A DNA stretch of 41,636 nucleotides, from IMG/VR virus record IMGVR_UViG_3300048576_000612, positions 1-41,636 of that record; one strand, given 5' to 3'. The translations under genes were made by a program, and so were the position numbers. This DNA is from a virus. Taxonomy: Duplodnaviria > Caudoviricetes. The notes under the pieces were generated by a model. The model saw only the letters and a program-made list of their open reading frames with translations. It was not told the origin of the DNA and did no database searches. This document shows, one piece after another, positions 34,043 through 41,636 of the stretch (position 1 is the first letter of the stretch; the number at the start of each line of letters is the position of its first letter).

Positions 34043-36079
34043 CTATTCCTTCATCATCGCGTCAAACATCGCCTCGAGCCGCTTCCCAGCCTCGGCGTAC
34101 TTCGGCTTAAGGCTCCGCGCCTCCGCATCCTCCGCAGCCCTCTTGGCCACGTGACTCGCCCCGGAGATCCGCACCACCTTGTTCGTGGGCGCCGTTCCGG
34201 ATCTGCCGCTGCCTGGCTCTTTCGTCCCCGCCGTCCCGAGCCCGAACCCGCTCCGCACCTGGCTGAGCTGCTCCCGCCACCAGCGCCGCAGCTCCGCCTG
34301 GCGGGTGAGCTTCTCCCGAAGCCCCTCCGTATCTTTGGGGTCCTGCACGTTCCACGGCTCCGCCAGGTCGATGTAGCGCCCCTCCAGGTCGCAAATGATC
34401 GCCGGCGCACTCAAGTCATACGGGTCCACGCTCACCCACACCTTATCCTTCCGCCCCGAGAGCATCGGAGAGTAGTACCCCCGCCGATCACCGCGCCGGA
34501 CCGTCACCTCCACCACGCTCTGCCTCGACATACGCGAATACCGGGGCAGACACAGGTAGTCCAGCGTCCTGTCGTCTAGCGCCGTCCGGCTCTGCTCCGC
34601 CAGCCCCCCGAAAAACACCTCCTGGGGAACGACCCCCTCCGGCCGCTCCTTCGGTCGCATGAGCGTCATGTTGTGCTCCTTCACGACGTCCCAAAACACC
34701 TCCAAAAACTCCTCGATGGACAGCAGCCGCCCCTGCACCCGCGCCCGCTTCAATTCAGCATTGCGCGTCTTGTTCACCCAGGCGTCCGCATCGCGCTTGC
34801 GATATCCCGCAAGAAACCGGTCCGCCAAATCCCTCTCGAGCACGTTGAACTGGTTCTCGATGGGCTTGAGCCACGGCACCCCCGCCTGCGCTCTCCGATG
34901 CCGAACGCCGTCGATCTCCCCGTCGCCCGCGTCGTCTTCCCCATCCGCCGCCGCATCCATCGCATCGTACTTCCCGCGATACTCCCCGATACCGCCGCAG
35001 CTCGCATACCCCGAAAGCCCCTCCACGAGCTGCGCGATGTGCTTCCCGTTCTCCGGCTTCCCCCAGTCCGTAAACACCTCGTCCGGAATCCCGAACCGGC
35101 ACGCCTCCCGAAGCGAATGCCCCAGCGTGAAGCTGTTGTAGTGCCCGAACTCCGGCCACACCCCCGCCCAGTAGCGCGACGTGCAGTCCATCCAGACGTA
35201 GCACTCCGGCGTCATCACTTCATTCGTCGCGGCATCGAACACCTGGTAATCGAAAATGTGCTGGTCCCCGCAGAGCACCGTCATCACCGGCACCTTCAGC
35301 CAGGCGCGCAAAATCTTCGGAATGTAATCCTTCTCGAACCCCACCCAGCCCTTGCGTATCCCGTCCCATATCCCCTGGGGAATCTTCCCCACCGCCCTGG
35401 TGAAATTCGAATAATCCCCAATTGTCCACCCCCGCCGCGCCGCCTCCTTGCAAAGCGCCGCATACGCCGCCTTCTGCCCGGACCGCAGGTTCTGAGCGTA
35501 CACCTGAATCCCATACGCCAACGCCTCCGGAGCGAACTTCTTCGTCGCCGGCAGCTCGATCCGAGGCCCCGGCGCCCCGCCCCGCGCGCTCAGCTCCACC
35601 ACGCTCCCACCCGCCCCAGGCTTTTGCACCCGCCACCCCTCCACTTCATCCACCCACCGCCGGATCGTGATCTCCGTCTTCCCATACCGCTTCGCCAGCG
35701 CCGCAATCACCGTCCCCTTGTCCCCCCAAGCCGCCTCCTCGACCGCCCGAGCGCACAAAATCTTCCCCTGCACCACCGGGTCCATCACCTGCTCCGGCCC
35801 CAGATCGATCCGCCTCGCCCGCAAATGCTCCTGCAGCTCATCGACCGTAGGGGCCGCCCCCCGCGCACTCCCCACCGCCTCGCCAAGCTCGCTGCTGATG
35901 ATCTTCTTGCGGATGTCTGCCGGCAGCTCGGCAAAGACGTACATCCTCACCACACCGCCCCCGCGCGGATTGGGAGCGTCACGAAACGGCCAGCCCTCCC
36001 TGTTGGCTTTTTTGTACAGGCCAACCATACTGATGCGCAGGATCTCGCATAGCTCTTTCGCAGCGTACTCTTCCCTCAT
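34043..36079 (-). CDS. Mu-like DDE transposase A
   Basis: N-terminal Mu HTH (KANREGW..GGG..Y..LP); D in CGDQH, D in TDWGK, E in KPIENQF; C-terminal VDPYDLS. Confidence 0.92.
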   Translation of the reverse strand: MREEYAAKELCEILRISMVGLYKKANREGWPFRDAPNPRGGGVVRMYVFAELPADIRKKIISSELGEAVGSARGAAPTVDELQEHLRARRIDLGPEQVMDPVVQGKILCARAVEEAAWGDKGTVIAALAKRYGKTEITIRRWVDEVEGWRVQKPGAGGSVVELSARGGAPGPRIELPATKKFAPEALAYGIQVYAQNLRSGQKAAYAALCKEAARRGWTIGDYSNFTRAVGKIPQGIWDGIRKGWVGFEKDYIPKILRAWLKVPVMTVLCGDQHIFDYQVFDAATNEVMTPECYVWMDCTSRYWAGVWPEFGHYNSFTLGHSLREACRFGIPDEVFTDWGKPENGKHIAQLVEGLSGYASCGGIGEYRGKYDAMDAAADGEDDAGDGEIDGVRHRRAQAGVPWLKPIENQFNVLERDLADRFLAGYRKRDADAWVNKTRNAELKRARVQGRLLSIEEFLEVFWDVVKEHNMTLMRPKERPEGVVPQEVFFGGLAEQSRTALDDRTLDYLCLPRYSRMSRQSVVEVTVRRGDRRGYYSPMLSGRKDKVWVSVDPYDLSAPAIICDLEGRYIDLAEPWNVQDPKDTEGLREKLTRQAELRRWWREQLSQVRSGFGLGTAGTKEPGSGRSGTAPTNKVVRISGASHVAKRAAEDAEARSLKPKYAEAGKRLEAMFDAMMKE

Positions 36080-36152
36080 AGCCCAACTCTTTCCTGCTCG
36101 ATTATCCGCTTTGATCCACTCAATCCGCGTGGTAGACTACCTGCATCATTTA

Positions 36153-36527
36153 CTAATTCGATACTACAGCGACTGGTGACAAATGGCGCCCATACGTTAT
36201 TACGACCATATGGCTCTCAATCTCTTTCCAAAAGACCATCGTTGCTACGAAGGCGTGCGTCCACATCGCAAACCGTCCCTTCTTCTCCGTTTTCCGGATG
36301 AATCCCTGTATTTCCTGGATCAGCATATGGATGCTCGTCTTTGGGATAAATGGACCGAACATGACGATATCGGCGTTTTCTGCAAAGCGTTCCATGCGAT
36401 CTTCTACCTCGCTTATCCATCTCTTTCGGGTAAGAGCTTTACGATCCTGTCTTTCCACTTCATCGACCAATCCATCGCATCCATAGACATGCGCTGCACA
36501 AGGTGCGACAGGATCACGCGCGTTCAA
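36153..36527 (-). CDS. Hypothetical protein (possibly degraded)
   Basis: Co-oriented ORF; no clear RBS or start. Confidence 0.3.
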   Translation of the reverse strand: MNARDPVAPCAAHVYGCDGLVDEVERQDRKALTRKRWISEVEDRMERFAENADIVMFGPFIPKTSIHMLIQEIQGFIRKTEKKGRFAMWTHAFVATMVFWKEIESHMVVITYGRHLSPVAVVSN

Positions 36528-36546
36528 TCGGAATCATTCCATAAAC

Positions 36547-36996
36547 TCACTCTGGACCCACGTCCTCTGCTTTGCTGCCACAAGAGGATGTCTTCCCTCG
36601 CTTGCTGGAAGCTGTTCTTTTGGGGTGCATACTCCTATACTGTTCTACGAGAGCACGTAGCTGCCATCGGTTACCGCTCCTGGCTAATTCCTCACCCTCA
36701 CGAAATGTGGCAATTCGGACTTCCCCCAGGTAGGCCAAATCAGGACTTGAGAGTATTTGCTTGAGCTCTTGGATAAGACGAACGCACCGCTTCGCATACG
36801 GTCTTTCATCTACTTCCACCCGCTTTTGAGACGATTTCTTCTTTTTGATTATGAAACCGTCCGTATTCAGACATGTAACGTTCCATCCTGGGCCGAAAAT
36901 CATGAATTCTCTTAGAGCAGGGTCTTGGTCGCACATTTCCAGTGCGTCTCTATATTGTCTTTCTTCACGCGACTCTCTAAAGATATCCCTTTCCAT
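36547..36996 (-). CDS. Hypothetical protein
   Basis: AGGAGG RBS directly after the HTH gene. Confidence 0.55.
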   Translation of the reverse strand: MERDIFRESREERQYRDALEMCDQDPALREFMIFGPGWNVTCLNTDGFIIKKKKSSQKRVEVDERPYAKRCVRLIQELKQILSSPDLAYLGEVRIATFREGEELARSGNRWQLRALVEQYRSMHPKRTASSKRGKTSSCGSKAEDVGPE

Positions 36997-37007
36997 TAGA
37001 AACCTCC

Positions 37008-37211
37008 TTACACCGCCATCTCATCACACTGCCGGCACAGCAGCTCATCCGACATCCCATGCTCCCGCATGACCCGCAGCACCTCGTCGTTGCGTCTCTC
37101 TCCCTTGATCGTGAGAGAGACCAACGCCGTTGACACTTTAGCCTCCTTTGCAATCTGAGCTTGCGACAGCCCCTTATCGATCAGCCACTTTTTGATCTCT
37201 TTACGCCTCAT
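37008..37211 (-). CDS. Ner/Cro-like HTH regulator
   Basis: GLSQAQIAKEAKVSTALVSLTIKG; upstream of transposase A. Confidence 0.8.
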   Translation of the reverse strand: MRRKEIKKWLIDKGLSQAQIAKEAKVSTALVSLTIKGERRNDEVLRVMREHGMSDELLCRQCDEMAV

Positions 37212-37678
37212 TCGATGCCTACCTCATGAGCCATGCGGCGGGCCTCCCTCCGCGCTTTCCGCGATTCCACTTCCTTGCGCGCCCACTGCAACAGTTTGTA
37301 ATCGTCTTCCCCGATGACCTTCACGCGGGGGAAGCACGCCGAATAGACCTCCAAGGGGAGATTGCTCCCCACTACGCGGCAGAAGATGTGCAACAGCCTG
37401 ATTGGGATCATGTAAGCCACAGCCCCCGGAGCAACCCACTTATCCAGAAGCGATGGGGTCACCTTCTGGCTCTTGCCGTTCGTGCTGATCCCGGCCATTC
37501 CGGCCAGCCGGTTCATCTCCTCGACAATCTCTTCCCTTGAGAGCGAGCATCCCTTGATCGCCTCGTTCATGGCAGCCTTGAGCGCCGGCCCCGGATCGAT
37601 AACAAGCTGGTCCCACAGCCCAAGCTGGGTTCCCTCGTGTCCGGATTTTTGCCCTCGTTTGCTATTGATCGCTGCCAT
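37208..37678 (-). CDS. Phage regulatory protein (CII-like), first early gene
   Basis: LSREEIVEEMN..LDKWVAP..IFCRVVG; divergent from the repressor. Confidence 0.6.
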   Translation of the reverse strand: MAAINSKRGQKSGHEGTQLGLWDQLVIDPGPALKAAMNEAIKGCSLSREEIVEEMNRLAGMAGISTNGKSQKVTPSLLDKWVAPGAVAYMIPIRLLHIFCRVVGSNLPLEVYSACFPRVKVIGEDDYKLLQWARKEVESRKARREARRMAHEVGIE

Positions 37679-37766
37679 CGTTTTGTGTACTCTCAAAACT
37701 GTTAATATGTTTACAGTAAGATATATAAAAATAGTTTGGTGGTCAATAAGAAAAATTTAAAAAAGT

Positions 37767-37903
37767 TGGTTAATGGCAGGATTAAGCCAAGAATTATATA
37801 GAACTAACATAAGCTGTGGATAATAATGGATAAGTAATGGTTAATGACACAGACGCTCTGGTTAATGGCAAGGTTAATGGCACAGACAAGATGCCATTAA
37901 CCA
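37767..37903. promoter_or_regulatory. Operator-like array, five copies of TGGTTAATGGCA
   Basis: 37767-78, 37838-49, 37859-70, 37871-82 direct; 37892-903 inverted; at most 1 mismatch each. Confidence 0.7.
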
Positions 37904-38625
37904 ATGTTGACCAAATTTTATCTAGGTTAAAGGTGGCTACCGATTCTTCAACAGACAAAGAATTTGCTGAATTCTTAGGCCTTGATCCACAATCAACAAC
38001 CAGTGCTAAAAAAAGAGGGGAGATACCCTCCATTTGGCTGGTAAGAGTATCCCATAGAACCAATGTTTCGATGGATTGGCTTCTTTATGGCGAAGGCCCT
38101 ATGCGCCGTGGAGAAGTTCAGCGGGACCAGGCAAGTCCCCTCCATGATAAATGTCTTGATGCCGAAGAATATGTACTAGTTCCCTTGTTGGAATCGAAGG
38201 TGACCGGAGGCCCCGAAGGTGAAATCCTATATGAAGAGGTATCTGACCATCTTCCATTTAAGCGTTGGTGGGTGGAAAAGTTGGTTGGAAAATCGCCGGA
38301 TCGACATAAGGACCTGCTTCTCGTAAGGGTCCGGGGCGACTCCATGAGCCCCACCATCAGCCAGGGCGAAGTTGCCCTGGTGGACACCTGCGAATTGGAA
38401 CGCCTCCAGATCCGCAATGCCAGCGTCTACCTGGTAGTGCTGCCCGATGGCAGCGTCGCCCTAAAACGCCTGGCGCTCATCGAAACCGATGACCGCACCA
38501 GAATTCTATGCATGTCCGATAACATATCCGGCTACAAACCATTCGAGTTCAATGTTGACCCATCCAAGCAAATAAAAGAGTATGTCCTCGGCCGCGTCCG
38601 CTGGGCCGGTAAGGAGTTCGATTGA
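37837..38625 (+). CDS. CI-type repressor with S24 peptidase domain (start may be 37891)
   Basis: HTH FAEFLG..KKRGEIP..VSMDWLLYGEG; VRGDSMSPTI, LKRL, SDN, GRVRW. Confidence 0.9.
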   Translation: MVNDTDALVNGKVNGTDKMPLTNVDQILSRLKVATDSSTDKEFAEFLGLDPQSTTSAKKRGEIPSIWLVRVSHRTNVSMDWLLYGEGPMRRGEVQRDQASPLHDKCLDAEEYVLVPLLESKVTGGPEGEILYEEVSDHLPFKRWWVEKLVGKSPDRHKDLLLVRVRGDSMSPTISQGEVALVDTCELERLQIRNASVYLVVLPDGSVALKRLALIETDDRTRILCMSDNISGYKPFEFNVDPSKQIKEYVLGRVRWAGKEFD

Positions 38626-38674
38626 TTCAACACATCCGTGCAAAAGATAAAGAACTAGGTATTCCGCCTATTTA

Positions 38675-38700
38675 AACAGTTTATAAACTGTTTATAAACA
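38675..38700. repeat. 26-bp palindromic intergenic site, copy 1
   Basis: AACAGTTTATAAACTGTTTATAAACA. Confidence 0.9.
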
Positions 38701-38732
38701 ACCTCGTCCAACCTCAAGAGGAGGCAGTATCC

Positions 38733-39671
38733 ATGAAAACCATTCGATGCATCGCATGTGAAAATGAGGTGAATGCCGAGATGGCAAAATGCCCTTACTG
38801 CGGAACAGAGATGGAACCTGCGGAAGAGGAGGTTTTACGCCAGGAAATGCCGGAGCCTGCCGACGATCCAGAGCCAAAAGTGCAATCATGGTATTATGAG
38901 GCTGGCGGTAAAAGAAATGGGCCGATATCCCTTCAAGAGTGCAAGCAGTTATTGCAGGATGGCCTCATCGATAGCCATACGTTGGTATGGAAAAGCGGGT
39001 TCTCCGACTGGATGCGTATTTGTGACAGTGAGCTGAATCAACTCATCGAAGGTCCGCCCCCTATTCCTGGCGGATATATGAACAATTCCTTAGCGTGGAT
39101 GCTGGCGTTTATTCCAATACTCGGACTATCTTTGGGATTTTTACTTCCGGATAGCGAGTTGTGGTACATCATCATGCCAATACTAAATATCGTTCTTATC
39201 GTGCTGGACTTGAATTTGCTGAAGCGCGGAGGCTACGCTGTAAGCTTTTGGGTTTGGTTCTGGCTCGTACCGGTATATCTTTACAAAAGAGCCACCTACC
39301 TAAAGCAGGGTAGGCTGCATTTTGTAGTGTGGACCACCTCGTTCTGTTTATTGATCCTCTATCCTTTTCTTATAGATTGGATAGACAAATCCGCACCTAA
39401 GTGCGACGCTGCCGAAACCATCGAAGCTGTCAAGCAAACAGCCAGAGAGGAGTTGATCAGGCAGATGAACAACGATCTAACCCGCGACATAACATTCAGG
39501 CTGGAAGCCATCAGAACGACAGATTTTAACGAAAAAACCGGAAAACAAGCCTGTGCGTGCAACCTGATATTCATCAGCCCCAACGGGGAATCTCCCCTTC
39601 CGATAACGTACACTTCCGAACTGACCGATAAGGGAGACAAATTTATCGTAACAGTGTACGGCCTCAAATAA
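38733..39671 (+). CDS. Membrane protein: Zn ribbon + GYF_2 (DUF4339) + ~4 TM + extracytoplasmic domain
   Basis: CIAC..CPYC; WYY..G.R.GP..TLVWKSG.SDW; hydrophobic stretches. Confidence 0.8.
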   Translation: MKTIRCIACENEVNAEMAKCPYCGTEMEPAEEEVLRQEMPEPADDPEPKVQSWYYEAGGKRNGPISLQECKQLLQDGLIDSHTLVWKSGFSDWMRICDSELNQLIEGPPPIPGGYMNNSLAWMLAFIPILGLSLGFLLPDSELWYIIMPILNIVLIVLDLNLLKRGGYAVSFWVWFWLVPVYLYKRATYLKQGRLHFVVWTTSFCLLILYPFLIDWIDKSAPKCDAAETIEAVKQTAREELIRQMNNDLTRDITFRLEAIRTTDFNEKTGKQACACNLIFISPNGESPLPITYTSELTDKGDKFIVTVYGLK

Positions 39672-39725
39672 GCTAAGCCGCCACCAACGGCCTAAAGAAA
39701 CTTCCATCATCAAAACAGTAACTTG

Positions 39726-39754
39726 AACAGTTTATAAACTGTTTATAAACACTC
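39726..39754. repeat. 26-bp palindromic intergenic site, copy 2
   Basis: Identical to copy 1 over 39726-39751. Confidence 0.9.
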
Positions 39755-39775
39755 TCGCTAAAGGGAGGCTTTGCA

Positions 39776-40702
39776 GTGGAGCTCACCACCGAACATAAGA
39801 TCTACTATTCGAACAGGGCCGGCATTCCGCTCGCCGAAGTCGCCGAAGCTCTGATAGCTCTAGACGGTATCCTCAGACACTCCCCGCAGGTTCTTGAAAA
39901 GCTCTTCCCTGGGATAAAAGTTCTGGACATGAATATTTTCATTGATAAGATCGAATCCGGCTCCCTGCTGGAAACCATTCTTATCAAATTCGTGTTCGGG
40001 AGCCAGGAGAAGTTTGAGCAAACCCTCATAAACGCAAGAGAGAAGCTGCAAATGGACCGGCTCATAAACAATAAGGGTGTTGTCGCTGCCATAGCTGCCG
40101 CAACCATCCTTACTACCGGAATCTATTGCGTTAAGAAAGACTCTCCATCAGGAAATAAAGATACAAAAGCCATAGAAATGAACAACAACATAATCGTGAA
40201 CGTCGGGGCCGGCATGACCCAAATGGACCCCGAACAGTTCAGGGCCGTCATCGAAGCGAGCCTCAAGGGCAAAGAAGACAAAATCGCAGAGAACGCCATC
40301 AGAGTTGTCAGACCCGCAAAAAGAGAACCCGGCTCAATTATAACTTTCGATGGAAATCAAGCCCTTACCCTCACCCCTGAAGCCATTGCCGCATATCCAG
40401 CCCATAGGCCTGAACCGGAGCCCGAAGAAATCCTGGAGAACTTCGATGGAGTCGAGCTGTCAATCAGGGCAACCGATCTGGATAGCAACAAAAAAGGATG
40501 GGCCGCCGTCATCCCCTTGATAAGCGATAAGCGCCTGCGCTTGCAAATAGACCCGTCGATCAATCCTTACGACCTTATCGCCAGGCCGAAATTAAAAGCC
40601 AACGTCACAGTCCTATTTCGCAAAGCAGATAACGGCGTTAAAGCTCCAAGACTGATTTACTTAAACGAGGTGGTCACACCGGAAGATGATCAGACCGAAT
40701 AA
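39776..40702 (+). CDS. Hypothetical accessory protein, 308 aa
   Basis: GGGAGG RBS, GTG start, long ORF with IESGSL motif and one hydrophobic segment. Confidence 0.75.
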   Translation: MELTTEHKIYYSNRAGIPLAEVAEALIALDGILRHSPQVLEKLFPGIKVLDMNIFIDKIESGSLLETILIKFVFGSQEKFEQTLINAREKLQMDRLINNKGVVAAIAAATILTTGIYCVKKDSPSGNKDTKAIEMNNNIIVNVGAGMTQMDPEQFRAVIEASLKGKEDKIAENAIRVVRPAKREPGSIITFDGNQALTLTPEAIAAYPAHRPEPEPEEILENFDGVELSIRATDLDSNKKGWAAVIPLISDKRLRLQIDPSINPYDLIARPKLKANVTVLFRKADNGVKAPRLIYLNEVVTPEDDQTE

Positions 40703-40708
40703 TCCCAG

Positions 40709-40733
40709 GAGTGTTTATAAACAGTTTACAAAC
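40709..40733. repeat. Palindromic site, copy 3 (inverted)
   Basis: Reverse complement matches 39730-39754 at 24/25. Confidence 0.85.
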
Positions 40734-40755
40734 AAAATCCCGTTCTATAAAAAAT

Positions 40756-40922
40756 TATCATCCAAACGCAATAAAACCCCAATCCAACCACTTTTTGCAC
40801 CACACCATAATTGCGTTTCTATCATCCCCCTTTGCGCCTCATCCCGCCATATCCCTATATCTCCCGCCCAATCCCACAATTTCCGGAAAAGTATCATTGG
40901 AAATGCAATTTCCTTCCGTCCA
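40756..40922 (-). repeat. Prophage left end: transposase-binding sites and terminal CA
   Basis: TATCAT-N6/7-GCAAT at 40756-40772 and 40892-40909; weaker opposite-orientation site near 40810-40825; CA at 40921-22. Confidence 0.8.
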
Positions 40923-41372
40923 GACTCATAACTATGCCGCAAAACACTGCACTTGTCAAAGTAGTAATGCCATTGGGGACAGAAAGAGAAAAACTCTATG
41001 GACCCAAAAGATGTCGTTGAAACTATTTTGGTAGTGGTGATTCATCTGCTGGTTCGCATACTTTTAGGACAATCTCTCTCACCGGGGGCTGTGGTACAGC
41101 CCCCATGTCATATATGACAGCAACGTAAGCTGGACTTTGACCATTTTGAAAAGTCAAGGGAAAAGTCAATGGCCCGGAAATACAGGCTTCACCGGGGCAT
41201 AGGACTGGAGTGGGTTTCCAGTGAAGGTTTTTGGCATGTCTGCTCTGCCGCAAAATATTGATTAGCGCGCATAAGGGTTGGGAAGGACCCGAGCCCCTCT
41301 CGTCTCCGGGTTGAATGATGTTTATCCTATTTGGCAGATCAAACCATCTTAGAGCCCAGCGAGGAGACCGAT

Positions 41373-41636
41373 ATGAGTCATCTGAGAGTAACGATCTGCC
41401 GTGTGGAAGATGATGCACAGCCGGGCAAGGCGACCGAGCTGCACAGCTTTGACTTGCCCCCTGTCGATGCGGATAAAATGAGGCCCGAGACGGCCCTGGA
41501 CCAGATGGAGGACGGGGTCTTGCGCCACGGACAGGAGATAATGCGCATGCTCCTGGAGCAGGAGTGGGTGGAGGTCGATAAACAGCTTGCCGAGCGATAC
41601 GAGCAGGCTTTTCCCCCCAGGGACGGTGATTCGTGA
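41373..41636 (+). CDS. Probable N-terminal ORF of an ISKra4-like transposase
   Basis: GAGGAG RBS; LDQME..GQEIMR.LLE..W..VD pattern; ends with TTTTCCCCCC slippery run. Confidence 0.45.
   Translation: MSHLRVTICRVEDDAQPGKATELHSFDLPPVDADKMRPETALDQMEDGVLRHGQEIMRMLLEQEWVEVDKQLAERYEQAFPPRDGDS

Larger units (their letters stand above)
2209..40922 (-). mobile_element. Mu-like transposable prophage (~38.7 kb, contractile tail)
   Basis: Mu gene order from repressor to terminal methylase; matching inverted end sites at both termini. Confidence 0.95.

Noticed and set aside
10897-36052. Long + strand ORFs (e.g. 10897-12069, 20223-21455, 24206-25411, 34673-36052)
   Set aside because: Antisense shadows of GC-rich phage genes; no motifs or RBS
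36183-36764. 193-aa + strand ORF inside the early operon
   Set aside because: Antisense to the operon, with no RBS or recognisable motif
38675-40733. CRISPR array or integron attC interpretation of the 26-bp repeats
   Set aside because: Spacing is ~1 kb with whole genes between; no cas or intI gene; lacks attC RYYYAAC..GTTRRRY architecture and length
41106-41119. Palindrome TGTCATATATGACA in the right flank
   Set aside because: Single occurrence with no linked gene; could be a host TF site but is unsupported

Overview
Most of the window (~2209-40922, about 38.7 kb) is a near-complete Mu-like transposable prophage, almost all on the minus strand. Reading right to left it contains: an immunity/accessory end (CI-S24 repressor plus two cassette-like genes, on +); an early operon (Ner-like HTH, DDE transposase A, MuB-like ATPase, frameshifted Gam-like gene, GemA); a lytic transglycosylase and putative late activator; head and contractile-tail genes; tail fibre and G8-domain receptor-binding candidates; and a D12-class Dam methylase in the position of mom. 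Host flanks are a divergent gap gene, a decayed ISKra4-like transposase and a candidate small RNA on the left, and the start of another IS-like ORF on the right. The host is probably a deltaproteobacterium (inference). The most notable non-routine signals are: (1) a 26-bp palindromic site that brackets each accessory gene at the repressor end; (2) a two-state structured RNA leader before the methylase, where Mu has com; (3) a MuF protein with an RNase-like C-terminus followed by a structured spacer rather than an immunity gene; (4) a five-copy 12-bp operator array; (5) a TCG-TTT-CGA +1 frameshift in the tail chaperone; (6) host REP-like palindromes translated in frame inside phage proteins; (7) mirror-image strand skew from the two ends; (8) a non-canonical AG terminus with no target duplication. 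Family assignments come from motif recognition and gene order by eye; no database searches were run.
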